Assembly: GCA_023539395.1 (NCBI GenBank)
Contig: JAKCEX010000005.1
Span: 1 to 54,137, forward strand
Direction: 5' to 3'
Length of the DNA stretch: 54,137 bases
Source: Candidatus Geocrenenecus arthurdayi
GTDB lineage: Archaea; Thermoproteota; Nitrososphaeria_A; Caldarchaeales; Wolframiiraptoraceae
Part shown: piece by piece, positions 8,523-18,280 of the stretch
Numbering within the stretch: position 1 is the stretch's first letter
Layout: each line of letters begins with the position of its first letter
Made by a program: the position numbers and the translations under genes
The notes under the pieces: model-generated
What the model was told of the DNA's origin: nothing
Databases searched by the model: none
The model's input: only the letters and a program-made list of their open reading frames with translations

Positions 8523-8566
8523 TTTAGGATAATCTTTTATTATTACAATTAGATATTGTTTAGGTA

Positions 8567-8944
8567 ATGAAAGTTAGATATGTTCCAGCTCCTGACCTTG
8601 AGGAGCGTGTAAAGAAGATAATTAAAGTTGTTGGGCTTACGTATATTGATGTTGAGAGGGTTAGATGTGTTAGGAGTTTCGGCTCAAGGTCTAATACTTA
8701 CGCTAGGATACATGGGGTTTCTAGAGCATTCCTGGTAGGTTTAAGGATTAAGCCCCACTACGTTATAGAGTTTGTATCAGAGAACTTTGATGCTCTCCCT
8801 GAAGATAAGAAAGACAAGATTATTATTCACGAGCTTCTCCACATCCCTAAAACATTTAGCGGAAATCTTCTACCACATAGGAGAACAAGAATTGATAGAG
8901 AAGCTGGTATTCTCTTTAGGATATTGAAGGAACGCATGGGGTAG
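8567..8944 (+). CDS. small predicted zinc metallopeptidase
   Basis: IIIHELLHIPKTFSG carries an HExxH motif. Size and layout resemble the small archaeal predicted metallopeptidases (COG4900-like). Confidence 0.55.
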   Translation: MKVRYVPAPDLEERVKKIIKVVGLTYIDVERVRCVRSFGSRSNTYARIHGVSRAFLVGLRIKPHYVIEFVSENFDALPEDKKDKIIIHELLHIPKTFSGNLLPHRRTRIDREAGILFRILKERMG

Positions 8945-8952
8945 CGTACAAT

Positions 8953-9660
8953 CTATCCAATGAATTTCTTAAAATTTCCCTCAATAATTCTCTCAAGGTA
9001 TTCTAATGGCAGGTCTTTTACTTTCGCTATAGTCTCCATCAATTCTCTTATCTTGAGAGGGTTGAGGCTCATACCATGATATAGGTAGGGGCCATCACTC
9101 TCAGTAATTAGTATGTCGACCTCAGCTTTTTCAAGAATACTTCTATGCTTCGGTTGGATAGTAACAGCTGGGTTGATCGAGATATAGTATCCCTGGGAAG
9201 CTATCTCTTCTAGAAGGTCTATCGGACCAGTATACCAGTGGAAGAGTACACTCTTAACATCATAGCTAGTTACAATATTGAAGCATTCTCTCCAAGTATC
9301 TAAAGCATGGATATTCATTGGTAGATTCTCTTCAGAAGCTAATTCACAAAATAGCTTGAAGACCTTAATCTGTTCTTCAATAGTTTTCTTACTATACCTC
9401 CTATCCAAGCCTACTTCTCCTATCCCACTAGATTTTCTAGCAATCTCTAGGATCTTCTCAACTTCTTCCTCTCTAATATCTTGGAGGTTCCATGGGTGTG
9501 CTCCTACAAATGGATAGATATTCGGGAAAGCCCTAGATATCTCAAGATTCCTGATACTGCTTTCATAATCTTCAGCAACCCCTACTATCAGTATATCCTT
9601 GAAGCTTTCCAATTCATCGATCCCAAAACTATATGCATGGCAGTGGGAATCCACTAGCAT
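8953..9660 (-). CDS. tatD: TatD-family metal-dependent hydrolase
   Basis: MLVDSHCHAY start, GEVGLD, NIHALD, LFHWYTG and ESDGPY blocks. Confidence 0.8.
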   Translation of the reverse strand: MLVDSHCHAYSFGIDELESFKDILIVGVAEDYESSIRNLEISRAFPNIYPFVGAHPWNLQDIREEEVEKILEIARKSSGIGEVGLDRRYSKKTIEEQIKVFKLFCELASEENLPMNIHALDTWRECFNIVTSYDVKSVLFHWYTGPIDLLEEIASQGYYISINPAVTIQPKHRSILEKAEVDILITESDGPYLYHGMSLNPLKIRELMETIAKVKDLPLEYLERIIEGNFKKFIG

Positions 9661-9790
9661 TCAGTAGATTTAGATAGGAAGTTGCTTTAAACCTTACACC
9701 ATCTATTTATTTATAATTGATGCACTATCGGTTATAATCACTCATTTGTTAAATAATCCCTTTCTATCAAGATTGATTTAGGGAGGAAGC

Positions 9791-10870
9791 TTGTATGAAT
9801 TTGCTGTTGTAGGTATGGGGATTGCTGGGCTATCTACAGCTATCAGGTTGAGAGAATATGGTTACAACGTAGTATTGATTGGCGATGAGAAGAGTGCATC
9901 AGCTTCCTGTGCAGGTATTATAACATTACAGCTTGAAGATGTTAAAGACATCCTACTAGTTAAAGAAAGTATTAAAATAATAAACAACCTCATAAGAGAT
10001 TATAGCATAGATGAAGCTGGAGTAACCTGTAGAGGTTTCATATCTATTGAAGACTCTATAGAAGCTGGAGAAAGCGCAGAATTATTAAAGAAAGCAGAAG
10101 TAGTGTTTAAACAATTTGATGCTAAAGATGCATCGCAGAATTGGCCATGGTTAAAAATCTCAGAAGACGAGATAGTAACTTATACTATGGATGATTTATC
10201 TGTAGAAGCAGACCAGTTTATCAAGTTTCTAATTAAGGTAGCTAGAGAGAAAAGTGTAGATGTAGAGAAGGATTGGGTTAAAGAGATAGTTTTAGGAGAG
10301 AAGCATAAGCTATTACTCCAACAAATTGGAGAGGTTGAAGCAGATGTAGTTATCCTATGTTTAGGAGCTTGTACTAGAGATTTCCTTTCAAAGAATGGGA
10401 TATTAATCCCGGTCATTGTACTTCGTGCTCCCGCTTACAGATTTAAAATTAATGAAGAAATAATAGCTTTCTCAGATGAAGTTTATGAAAGCTATTGGAG
10501 ACCAGGAGTGAATAGAACTATAGTCGGCGGTGGATACCATGCAGAGATAGCAAGCGACTCATCATTATTCTTCCAGAAACCACCTAAACGATTCCGGAAC
10601 GATACAGAGAAACTTCTAAGATTAAGACTAAATGGTAGTATAGAGTTCATCGAGGAGTGGAGTGGCCCCATCAGTATTACACCAGACCTAGACCCAATAC
10701 TGGATAACCTGCCAGGATATGAGAATGCCTTCTTCCTTGATGGATTGAGAGGGTACGGGCTGATGAGAGGTATTGCACTAGGATACCTCCTCGCAGATAT
10801 CGCATCTGGGAGAAAAGACTTAGACAGCCTTGAAGAATACAGGCTCTCAAGATTCTCCAGTCTATTCTAG
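9791..10870 (+). CDS. FAD-dependent oxidoreductase (DAO family)
   Basis: AVVGMGIAGLSTAIRL...VVLIGDE is a dinucleotide-binding motif. The length fits glycine/D-amino-acid oxidase-like proteins. TTG start. Confidence 0.75.
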   Translation: MYEFAVVGMGIAGLSTAIRLREYGYNVVLIGDEKSASASCAGIITLQLEDVKDILLVKESIKIINNLIRDYSIDEAGVTCRGFISIEDSIEAGESAELLKKAEVVFKQFDAKDASQNWPWLKISEDEIVTYTMDDLSVEADQFIKFLIKVAREKSVDVEKDWVKEIVLGEKHKLLLQQIGEVEADVVILCLGACTRDFLSKNGILIPVIVLRAPAYRFKINEEIIAFSDEVYESYWRPGVNRTIVGGGYHAEIASDSSLFFQKPPKRFRNDTEKLLRLRLNGSIEFIEEWSGPISITPDLDPILDNLPGYENAFFLDGLRGYGLMRGIALGYLLADIASGRKDLDSLEEYRLSRFSSLF

Positions 10871-12037
10871 AATTTTTCTTAGTACTTCTAGGCTTTCTTC
10901 GAGGTGGTTTGTAGCACATGAGAATGAGAATCTTATGTATTCTGAGCTTGCGGGTCCAAACTCTGAGCCAGGTGTACTTCCAAGCCCGAATCTCAGTAGA
11001 TAGTTTGTCATAGCCCAATCGCTTCTTTTACCTTCGCTGTCTCTCCAATCCTCGCTTATCCTACACCATATGTAGAATGTTCCTCTAGGTTTAAAGGGTT
11101 TAAGAGATCTAAGCTTGCTGATTGTTTCATATATCATATCTCTTCGATGCTGGTATTCTCTCCTCATTTCTTCAATGTAGTCTTTCGGTCCATTGAGTGC
11201 TGCTAAAACTCCATACTGTGCAATAGAGTTTACACCATTTATAGTACATCTAAGAAGCTTCTTCCCCCTTTCAATTATCTTATCTATGTTTGTTACTATG
11301 TATCCTATCCTCAGGCCGCTCATTGCAAAGCTCTTAGATGCAGAGAATATAGTTATGCTTCTATCTTCAGCTCCAGGAAGGGAGCCTACGCTAACATGCC
11401 TCAATCCATCGTAGATTATATGCTCGTATGCTTCATCACTAACAATATATAGACCCCGTTTCACAGCTATATCTACTATTTCTTCAAGGACTTTCTTTGG
11501 GAATACTGCTCCCGTTGGGTTATGCGGTGTATTTATGAAGATTGCTTTCGTCCTAGAAGTTATTAACGATTCTACATCAGCTGGGTCGTATACAAAGTCG
11601 TTCTCAGGCTTCAGGATGCATCTTACAGGGACTCCTCCTGCAAGTCTTACATTATCTGCTATCTCTGTCCACATTGGGTCTGGAATTATAACTTCGTCTC
11701 CAGGTAGTAGTAGAGCTCTAAAAGTTACGTATAATCCATGCATAGCTCCATTAGTTACGAGAACATGGTCATGGTCTTTTATCGGTATCTTGTTTTCTTC
11801 TACAACTTTCCTATGTATTGCTTGTCTAAGAGGAATTATACCAGTAGATTCCGTATAGTGAGTGTATCCCTTCATTAATGCATCTATCATAGCATCTCTA
11901 ACGTGGGGAGGAATATCGAATGATGGGTCTCCAGACTCAAGTCTATAGACTTTCTTACCCTCACTCCGCATCTTTAGGAGAGAATCTCTTATTGCAACTA
12001 TTCCTCCAAAAGAGATTTTATCGACTATCGACTCCAT
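10862..12037 (-). CDS. pyridoxal-phosphate-dependent aminotransferase, class I (aspartate aminotransferase-like)
   Basis: NTPHNPTG, SDEAYEH and SASKSFAMSGLRIGY (PLP lysine) blocks. Confidence 0.85.
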   Translation of the reverse strand: MESIVDKISFGGIVAIRDSLLKMRSEGKKVYRLESGDPSFDIPPHVRDAMIDALMKGYTHYTESTGIIPLRQAIHRKVVEENKIPIKDHDHVLVTNGAMHGLYVTFRALLLPGDEVIIPDPMWTEIADNVRLAGGVPVRCILKPENDFVYDPADVESLITSRTKAIFINTPHNPTGAVFPKKVLEEIVDIAVKRGLYIVSDEAYEHIIYDGLRHVSVGSLPGAEDRSITIFSASKSFAMSGLRIGYIVTNIDKIIERGKKLLRCTINGVNSIAQYGVLAALNGPKDYIEEMRREYQHRRDMIYETISKLRSLKPFKPRGTFYIWCRISEDWRDSEGKRSDWAMTNYLLRFGLGSTPGSEFGPASSEYIRFSFSCATNHLEESLEVLRKILE

Positions 12038-12422
12038 GCCTGTTGTCTATTTTCAGCATCATTTTATTAATTAACTTTTTTCCCATAAAGGCCATATCTT
12101 TGCCGACTAACAGACCTGGAAAGAGCCATATCTAAGTCATTTTAACGGAGAAATTTAAAGATACACTGAAAATATCTTGACATTATTTTGTATGCGTAGA
12201 AACTTGTCTTTAGCCTACTTAAGCTCCTCTGAATAATAATAAGAAGAGAAGCCTATTTAACATACAAACCCTAGTAGCAATAACATCCAAAACAATTCGC
12301 CTGAGATAAATAAGTTGGAGATGAGTTCTATACAAGCATCTTCAAGCTTGTAGGTTTAAGAAAAATACACTCATCAAAATAATGTTGATATAACTGTTGA
12401 TGTTAAGTATAGATGACGACTC

Positions 12423-12443
12423 CACCTTTATTAAATAAAGGTG
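12423..12443. repeat. perfect 21-bp palindrome CACCTTTATTAAATAAAGGTG
   Basis: Read directly: 10 bp + 1 + 10 bp perfect inverted repeat. It lies about 95 nt downstream of the nitroreductase stop, inside a 500-bp ORF-free spacer. Confidence 0.6.
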
Positions 12444-12537
12444 CTTAAATCACTTTAGATAGGCCAAGAAGGCAGTACAGCGGAAGTCTACCTCCACCTG
12501 TATTATGTTTGAAACTTCTAATACCGTTTTTATTTAT

Positions 12538-13110
12538 TTAATATTCAAGCCACACTGTTTTTTCCTGGAAGGGTGTTCGGAAACCTTTCTGAGGCTTCAC
12601 ATCTGGATACCCTAGATAGATGAAGCCAAGCAAATATTCTCGGTCACTTAAGCCGAAGAACTCCTTAACCTTCTTTCGATAAGCTGCTTTCCCTGTTCTT
12701 AACTTTGCACCCAACCCTAGAGCGTGTGCTGCTAGTAGCATATTCTGGATAGCTGCAGAGGTGGCGACGACTTCTTCCAACTCGACTATATTCGGGTCCT
12801 GTTTTGGAGAAGCAGCAACCGCTATTATCACAGGCGCTCTCAGCGGTCTCTGCTTCTCTGCATCAATCTTAGCTCTGCTTTCCTGAGAGTCTGGATCTGG
12901 TAGCTCTTCTGCTAAAGCTTGTGCCATAACTTCACCCAGCCTCTCTCTAGCTCGACCTGTTAGAACGAAGAATCTCCAAGGCTCTGTAAGATGGTGGTTT
13001 GGAGCCCAAGTTCCAGCTTCTAGAATTTTTTCAATTAGTTCTCTCGGTGGAGGCTCTGGTTTAAATCGCTCTATACTTCTTCTCGTCTTTATAGCTTCAA
13101 TCACATCCAA
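12538..13110 (-). CDS. NAD(P)H nitroreductase family protein
   Basis: IEAIKTRRSIERF, APNHHLTEPWRF and LLAAHALGLG blocks. Noticeably more G+C-rich than its surroundings. Confidence 0.8.
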   Translation of the reverse strand: MDVIEAIKTRRSIERFKPEPPPRELIEKILEAGTWAPNHHLTEPWRFFVLTGRARERLGEVMAQALAEELPDPDSQESRAKIDAEKQRPLRAPVIIAVAASPKQDPNIVELEEVVATSAAIQNMLLAAHALGLGAKLRTGKAAYRKKVKEFFGLSDREYLLGFIYLGYPDVKPQKGFRTPFQEKTVWLEY

Positions 13111-13377
13111 CCTTTTCCACCAAATCTTTTACAACAACATCTTGATATAAACGATATCCATATACAATTTTAGAAGTTATTTGGAGTTCAAGCGGATGAC
13201 TGAGCGTAGTACTACAGCTTATAATTTACTGCATATTCTGTGAGTAATTTCCCACTACTGCTTAATATCTTGAAATACAATGCATTATGCATCCAATCTT
13301 TCTTTTCTTGAAGCATCTAGTAGTGTAGTCCTAGTCTTACCCTTACCAGCTTTATCGAATCCTACTAGAATGCTTGT

Positions 13378-13689
13378 CTACCGAACGATCATTTCAACTG
13401 AGACATCTTCAGGTATCTGGATCCTCATTATAGCTCTCATAACTCTCTGGTCTGTAATATGTAAGTCTATAAGCCTCCTATATATTCTGAGTTCATGCTT
13501 CCTCCAAGTCTTCGTCCCCTCACCACATGGAGACTTTCTAACAGGGACGAGAAGCCTCTTCCTTGGAAGAGGTATTGGGCCAGAAATCTTCGTACCAGTC
13601 TTAACAGCTATATCCTTGATTTCAGAGCAGACTCTCTCAATCTTCTCAAGGTCTATGCTCGTCAGCTTAATCCTCACTTTCGTCGGCAT
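13378..13689 (-). CDS. rps10: 30S ribosomal protein S10 (uS10)
   Basis: MPTKVRIKLTS...GPIPLPRKRLLVPVRKSPCGEGTKTW..HELRIYRRLIDL. I prefer the ATG at 13689 over the upstream TTG at 13695. Confidence 0.9.
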   Translation of the reverse strand: MPTKVRIKLTSIDLEKIERVCSEIKDIAVKTGTKISGPIPLPRKRLLVPVRKSPCGEGTKTWRKHELRIYRRLIDLHITDQRVMRAIMRIQIPEDVSVEMIVR

Positions 13690-13944
13690 CTCCAAGCAGG
13701 AAATCTACCCAGCGTATTAATAAACTTCAACTGACTGGAGCAGACTACCATTATTAGAATAGAAGTTTCATTATTCATGAGGACATAACCTATCTTTAAA
13801 GCTCAGTAAAGATGAAAGCTTCACATGAAAATACATTTTAACTACTACTTACCCTATTTTGCTAGAGGATGTGTAGGTCTTCTAGTACTCACAGTATGCT
13901 TAGAGGCTTTTGACTATTAATCTTGATTGGAGGTGTTTTTATTT

Positions 13945-15201
13945 ATGGAAGTTAAGTTTGATAGGAAGGACTCTGTAACCCTCTACAGGTTTAAGAAGCT
14001 AATTAAAGAGCTTGAATCCAAGGAGGGTAGAGGTACAGAGCTTATCTCAATATATATTCCACCTGGTAAGCCTATCTCAGATGTTATCGGTTATCTTAGG
14101 CAAGAATATTCTACTGCGGCAAACATTAAATCCAAGACTACTAGGAAGAATGTTCAAGACGCAATTGAAAGCGCAATTCAGAGATTGAAGCTGTTTAACA
14201 GAGCTGGTCCAACAGGGCTGATAGTATTTAGTGGAGCAGTACCCCAGAATGGTCCAGGAAGAGAGAAGATAGAAGTCTACCATATTATTCCTCCAGAACC
14301 TATAGATATCTTCCTCTATCGTTGTGATAGTAGATTCTATCTTGAACCTCTTAAAGACCTCCTCAAGGAAAGAGATGTATATGGAGTCTTGGTGATAGAT
14401 AATGAAGAAGCAGCTGTAGCAGTTATAAAAGGTAGGAGAATAGTTGAGATGAAGAAATTTACTTCAGGTGTTCCAGGTAAGCATAGGGCTGGAGGGCAGT
14501 CAGCTCGTAGATTTGAGAGATTGAGAGAGATGAGCCTAAACGAGTATTATAAGAGGGTTGGAGAACATGCTAACCAGATCTTTCTCCAGTATCCTGAGAT
14601 TAACGGAGTAATACTTGCAGGTCCAGGACCAACCAAGGAGATATTCGCTGAAGGCGAATACCTCCACTATACTCTGAGGGGTAAACTACACATTGTAGAT
14701 ACATCGTACTCTGGAGAAGAAGGTGTAAGAGAAGCAATCCAGAGAGCTAGGGACATCTTAAAAGAGCTTAGAATGATTGAAGAACAAGACTTAGTAAGGA
14801 AATTCATGAGTGAGTTATCTTCAGATAATCCTGCAGTAGTTTATGGTGAGAAAGAAGTTATGCAAGCATTAAAATCTAGAACCATAGATACACTCCTAGT
14901 CTCCGAAGACCTTGAGAGAGTTCAAGTTGAAGTAAAATGTGGAAACTGTGGAGAAACATATACATACATTCTAGACGAGTCTGAGCTTACTTCTAAGGTT
15001 CCCGAGATAATTTCTAAACCATGCCAGAAGTGTGGAGCTCAAGCTCTACAATTTATAAACCAGAAATCCATGGTTGACTTCTGGATAGAAGAAGGAGAGA
15101 AGGCACAAGCAAAAGTAGAATTAATATCTTCAAGCCATGAAGAAGGAGAGATGTTAAAGAAAGCTTTTGGAGGAGTAGCTGGACTGCTGAAGGGACACTA
15201 G
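13945..15201 (+). CDS. prf1: peptide chain release factor aRF1
   Basis: NIKSKTTRKNV (NIKS) and HRAGGQSARRFERL (GGQ) motifs. The ATG at 13945 gives MEVKFDRK. Confidence 0.9.
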   Translation: MEVKFDRKDSVTLYRFKKLIKELESKEGRGTELISIYIPPGKPISDVIGYLRQEYSTAANIKSKTTRKNVQDAIESAIQRLKLFNRAGPTGLIVFSGAVPQNGPGREKIEVYHIIPPEPIDIFLYRCDSRFYLEPLKDLLKERDVYGVLVIDNEEAAVAVIKGRRIVEMKKFTSGVPGKHRAGGQSARRFERLREMSLNEYYKRVGEHANQIFLQYPEINGVILAGPGPTKEIFAEGEYLHYTLRGKLHIVDTSYSGEEGVREAIQRARDILKELRMIEEQDLVRKFMSELSSDNPAVVYGEKEVMQALKSRTIDTLLVSEDLERVQVEVKCGNCGETYTYILDESELTSKVPEIISKPCQKCGAQALQFINQKSMVDFWIEEGEKAQAKVELISSSHEEGEMLKKAFGGVAGLLKGH

Positions 15202-15680
15202 CTGGTTTTCTCAGCTGTTTCTCTAGCGTAGACACTGAAGATCGGTCTGAACCCGAATCTTTCATAGAATGAAACAGCTATAGTATTCAGGGATGGGAAG
15301 CTTACAGTTATGAAGCTTACTTTATGCCTAAGCTTCTCAATAGCGTATTCAAGCATCTTCTTACCTATGCCCATCCTCCTATACTGTGGAAGAATGTAGA
15401 ATTCTTGTATCTGACCTTCAAGAGGTGGGTCGTAGAAGATTCTATTAATATATCCTGCTTTCAAGACTCCTACAATCCTACCTCCATGTTCCGCAACTAT
15501 GACTAGTGAGTCTTCAGAACCTATTGCTTTCTTCATGTACTCTCTACAAGAATCCTCAAGTTTTCCAGACACCTTAAGCAATGGGTCAAATTCTTCATTC
15601 AATCTTTTAAGTCTAGCTACTAACATAGCAACTTGATCTAAATCTTTCTCAGTTGCTTCTCTAAAAACTACTTCTGCCAT
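15198..15680 (-). CDS. GNAT family N-acetyltransferase
   Basis: QEFYILPQYRRMGIGKKMLEYAIEK is the acetyl-CoA binding motif A. I prefer the ATG at 15680. Confidence 0.8.
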   Translation of the reverse strand: MAEVVFREATEKDLDQVAMLVARLKRLNEEFDPLLKVSGKLEDSCREYMKKAIGSEDSLVIVAEHGGRIVGVLKAGYINRIFYDPPLEGQIQEFYILPQYRRMGIGKKMLEYAIEKLRHKVSFITVSFPSLNTIAVSFYERFGFRPIFSVYARETAEKTS

Positions 15681-15814
15681 AATCTCCCCCTTCAATACTA
15701 ATGTACCCTCTTAATAAAGTGTCATTTGAATATTCCCCATGACTCTATAATCCTCTAGGTAGGTTAGGTTAATTTTTTAGATGAAAAAATATTATAGTAT
15801 TAGAGGGGTTATCC

Positions 15815-16714
15815 TTGAGAAGGGTTTCAGAACATATATACTTGCTCGATACGTATGCTCTAGGGTTTGTAGAGTTTGTAGCTGCTTACTTAGTAGTTGG
15901 AAGTGAAAGCTCTGCGCTAGTAGATATAGGATATGCTTCATCTCTACCAAGAGTTTTCGAGGAATTGGGGGAAGCAGGATTAAAGCCTACAGATGTAAAT
16001 TATGTTGTCCCCACCCACCTCCACCTAGACCATGCTGGAGGTGCATCCCAATTTATTAAAAACTCTAAGAAGAGTATAATACTATGTCATCCCAGAGCTG
16101 TAAAACATTTCTTGGACCCAAGTAAGCTTAACGCTAGTGTAAGAGAATTTTATGGAGATTTAGCCTCCTCCTTCGGTTTGGTTGAGCCTATCCCACTTGA
16201 GAATATAAGAAGTGTCCAGGAATACGAGAGGATAGACATGGGAGATGCATCTTTACGGTTTATCTATGCACCTGGACATGCACCTCACCAAATCGCAGTA
16301 TATGTAGAAGAAGACCAAGCATTAATTACTGGGGATGCAGTATCTATTGATCTGCCATCTTTCCCATCGAGGATTCCAACAACTCCTCCTCCAAGCTATA
16401 ACCACTTAGAAGCAATAGAAACCTTAATGAAGCTATCGAAACTCAAGGCTAAGATTATTCTAAGACCGCATTTCGGAGAGACAGCTTGGTCTCAAGACTA
16501 CTTTGATGAGGAGATATCCCTACTAGAGAGCTGGAAGGAGAATGTTGAAGAATACTTGAAGAAAGGTTCAGCCATAGATGATGCAGTAGAAGAGATAGTA
16601 AATCAATATTCTCGAAAATTTAAGAATAAGATAACAACAGTCCCATTCTACCTATATACGACTATAAAGCTATCATACCTAGGGATGGAAAAATACCTAA
16701 GAGAACAACGTTAA
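15815..16714 (+). CDS. MBL-fold metallo-hydrolase
   Basis: PTHLHLDHAGG (HxHxDH) and APGHAPH motifs. TTG start. Confidence 0.75.
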   Translation: MRRVSEHIYLLDTYALGFVEFVAAYLVVGSESSALVDIGYASSLPRVFEELGEAGLKPTDVNYVVPTHLHLDHAGGASQFIKNSKKSIILCHPRAVKHFLDPSKLNASVREFYGDLASSFGLVEPIPLENIRSVQEYERIDMGDASLRFIYAPGHAPHQIAVYVEEDQALITGDAVSIDLPSFPSRIPTTPPPSYNHLEAIETLMKLSKLKAKIILRPHFGETAWSQDYFDEEISLLESWKENVEEYLKKGSAIDDAVEEIVNQYSRKFKNKITTVPFYLYTTIKLSYLGMEKYLREQR

Positions 16715-16745
16715 ATTTTTGGCGTACCATTCCCATAATCTATAT

Positions 16746-17660
16746 ATGATAACCGTGGTTGGTTCTGGACGTGTAGGTATCTCTGCAGCTATACATATTG
16801 CATTAAGAGAATTAGATGATATAACTCTGATAGATATTGTTGAAGGATTGCCTCAGGGAGAAGCATTAGATTTATCCCATATGTGTGGAATACTTGGAAT
16901 AGATGTAGATATCCGAGGCTCAAACGATTATAAAGATATGGAAGGCTCAGACATAGTTGTTGTCCCAGCTGGATTTATCCGTAAAGCTGATATGACTAGG
17001 ATGGATCTACTCTTTAAGAATTATGAAGTAGTAAAGCTGGTCTCCGAGAAGATTAGGGAGTATGCTCCCAAATCTAAAGTAATCGTTGTAACGAACCCGT
17101 TAGACGTTATGACTTACGTAGCATACAAGGTTACAGGATTTGAAAGGAATAGAGTAATGGGCTTCAGCGGCCCACTAGATACTGGGAGATTCAAGACACT
17201 GATAAAGAGAGAGCTTGGTGTTTCATACAAATCTATTGATGCTCCGATAATTGGAGAACATGGGGAGACAATGGTTCTACTCCCTAGACACACCTATGTT
17301 TGTGGTAAACCTCTTGTAGAGCTTCTACCTAAGGAGAAGATAGACAAGATAGTTGAAGAAACTAAGAAGATGGGTGCGCAAGTAATTAAGTTGAAGGGTT
17401 GGTCTGCATCCCATGCTCCAGGTGCTGGAGTTGCAATAATGGTTGAATCAATAATAAAAGATCAGAAGAGAGTTATACCAACTTCAGTATATCTTCAAGG
17501 GGAGTATGGTGTATCGGATGTATGCCTCGTTGTCCCAGCAGTTCTAGGGGGGAATGGTGTAGAAAACATAATTGAGCTTCCATTAAACGATGAAGAAAAG
17601 AATGCTTTCATGAAGAGTGCAGAGACAGTTAAGAATGCTATAGCTCAACTAAAGCTTTAA
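16746..17660 (+). CDS. mdh: malate/L-lactate dehydrogenase family (archaeal malate dehydrogenase-like)
   Basis: MITVVGSGRVGISAA Rossmann motif, VVTNPLD, and IGEHGET with the catalytic His. Confidence 0.85.
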   Translation: MITVVGSGRVGISAAIHIALRELDDITLIDIVEGLPQGEALDLSHMCGILGIDVDIRGSNDYKDMEGSDIVVVPAGFIRKADMTRMDLLFKNYEVVKLVSEKIREYAPKSKVIVVTNPLDVMTYVAYKVTGFERNRVMGFSGPLDTGRFKTLIKRELGVSYKSIDAPIIGEHGETMVLLPRHTYVCGKPLVELLPKEKIDKIVEETKKMGAQVIKLKGWSASHAPGAGVAIMVESIIKDQKRVIPTSVYLQGEYGVSDVCLVVPAVLGGNGVENIIELPLNDEEKNAFMKSAETVKNAIAQLKL

Positions 17661-18280
17661 TCAGTAATAAATCTCCTAGGATTAGGGATCATAAAAGACG
17701 GCATACTCTCTTCATACTTTTTTATTTTTTCTATATGCTTCAAGGTTATCTCTATCTCATCTAATCCTTGCAGGAACCTCTCTCTTACAGCTTTGTCTAT
17801 CGCGAAACTTAATATCCTATCTCTGAATTTAATAGTACTTTCTTCTAAATCTATCCTGAGTATGAGGTCTTCTTTCTCTGCTAATTCTTGAAGCATTTTT
17901 ACTTGTTCTTCAGGGAGCTTTATACATAGAAGCATATTCTTCATAGAGTTAACATAGAATATGTCTCCGAATGATGGAGCTATAACACATTTTATCCCAA
18001 AGTCTTGGAGAGCCCAGACAGCATTCTCTCTAGAAGACCCTATCCCAAAGTTCTTCCCTGCTATAATTATGGATGCATCCCTATATCTTGGATTATTTAA
18101 TATGAAGTCTCCTCTCAAGCTTCCATCCTCGTTGTATCTCCAACGATAAAAGCAGTATCTTCCCAGACCTTTCTTACCAAGTATCTTCAAGAAGTCAGCC
18201 GGAATAATCTGGTCAGTGTCAACATTCTCTAACTTTAAAGGAACAGCCTTACCCTCAATAACTCTAATAGGCTCCGGCAT
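17657..18280 (-). CDS. leuD: 3-isopropylmalate dehydratase small subunit (bacterial-length form)
   Basis: NVDTDQIIPADFLK, GKNFGIGSSRENAVWAL and VIAPSFGDIFYVNS align closely with bacterial LeuD. 207 aa. Confidence 0.85.
   Translation of the reverse strand: MPEPIRVIEGKAVPLKLENVDTDQIIPADFLKILGKKGLGRYCFYRWRYNEDGSLRGDFILNNPRYRDASIIIAGKNFGIGSSRENAVWALQDFGIKCVIAPSFGDIFYVNSMKNMLLCIKLPEEQVKMLQELAEKEDLILRIDLEESTIKFRDRILSFAIDKAVRERFLQGLDEIEITLKHIEKIKKYEESMPSFMIPNPRRFITD

Noticed and set aside
13280-13734. Plus-strand ORFs of 146 and 79 aa overlapping rps10.
   Set aside because: They are antisense to the highly conserved uS10 gene and have no motifs.
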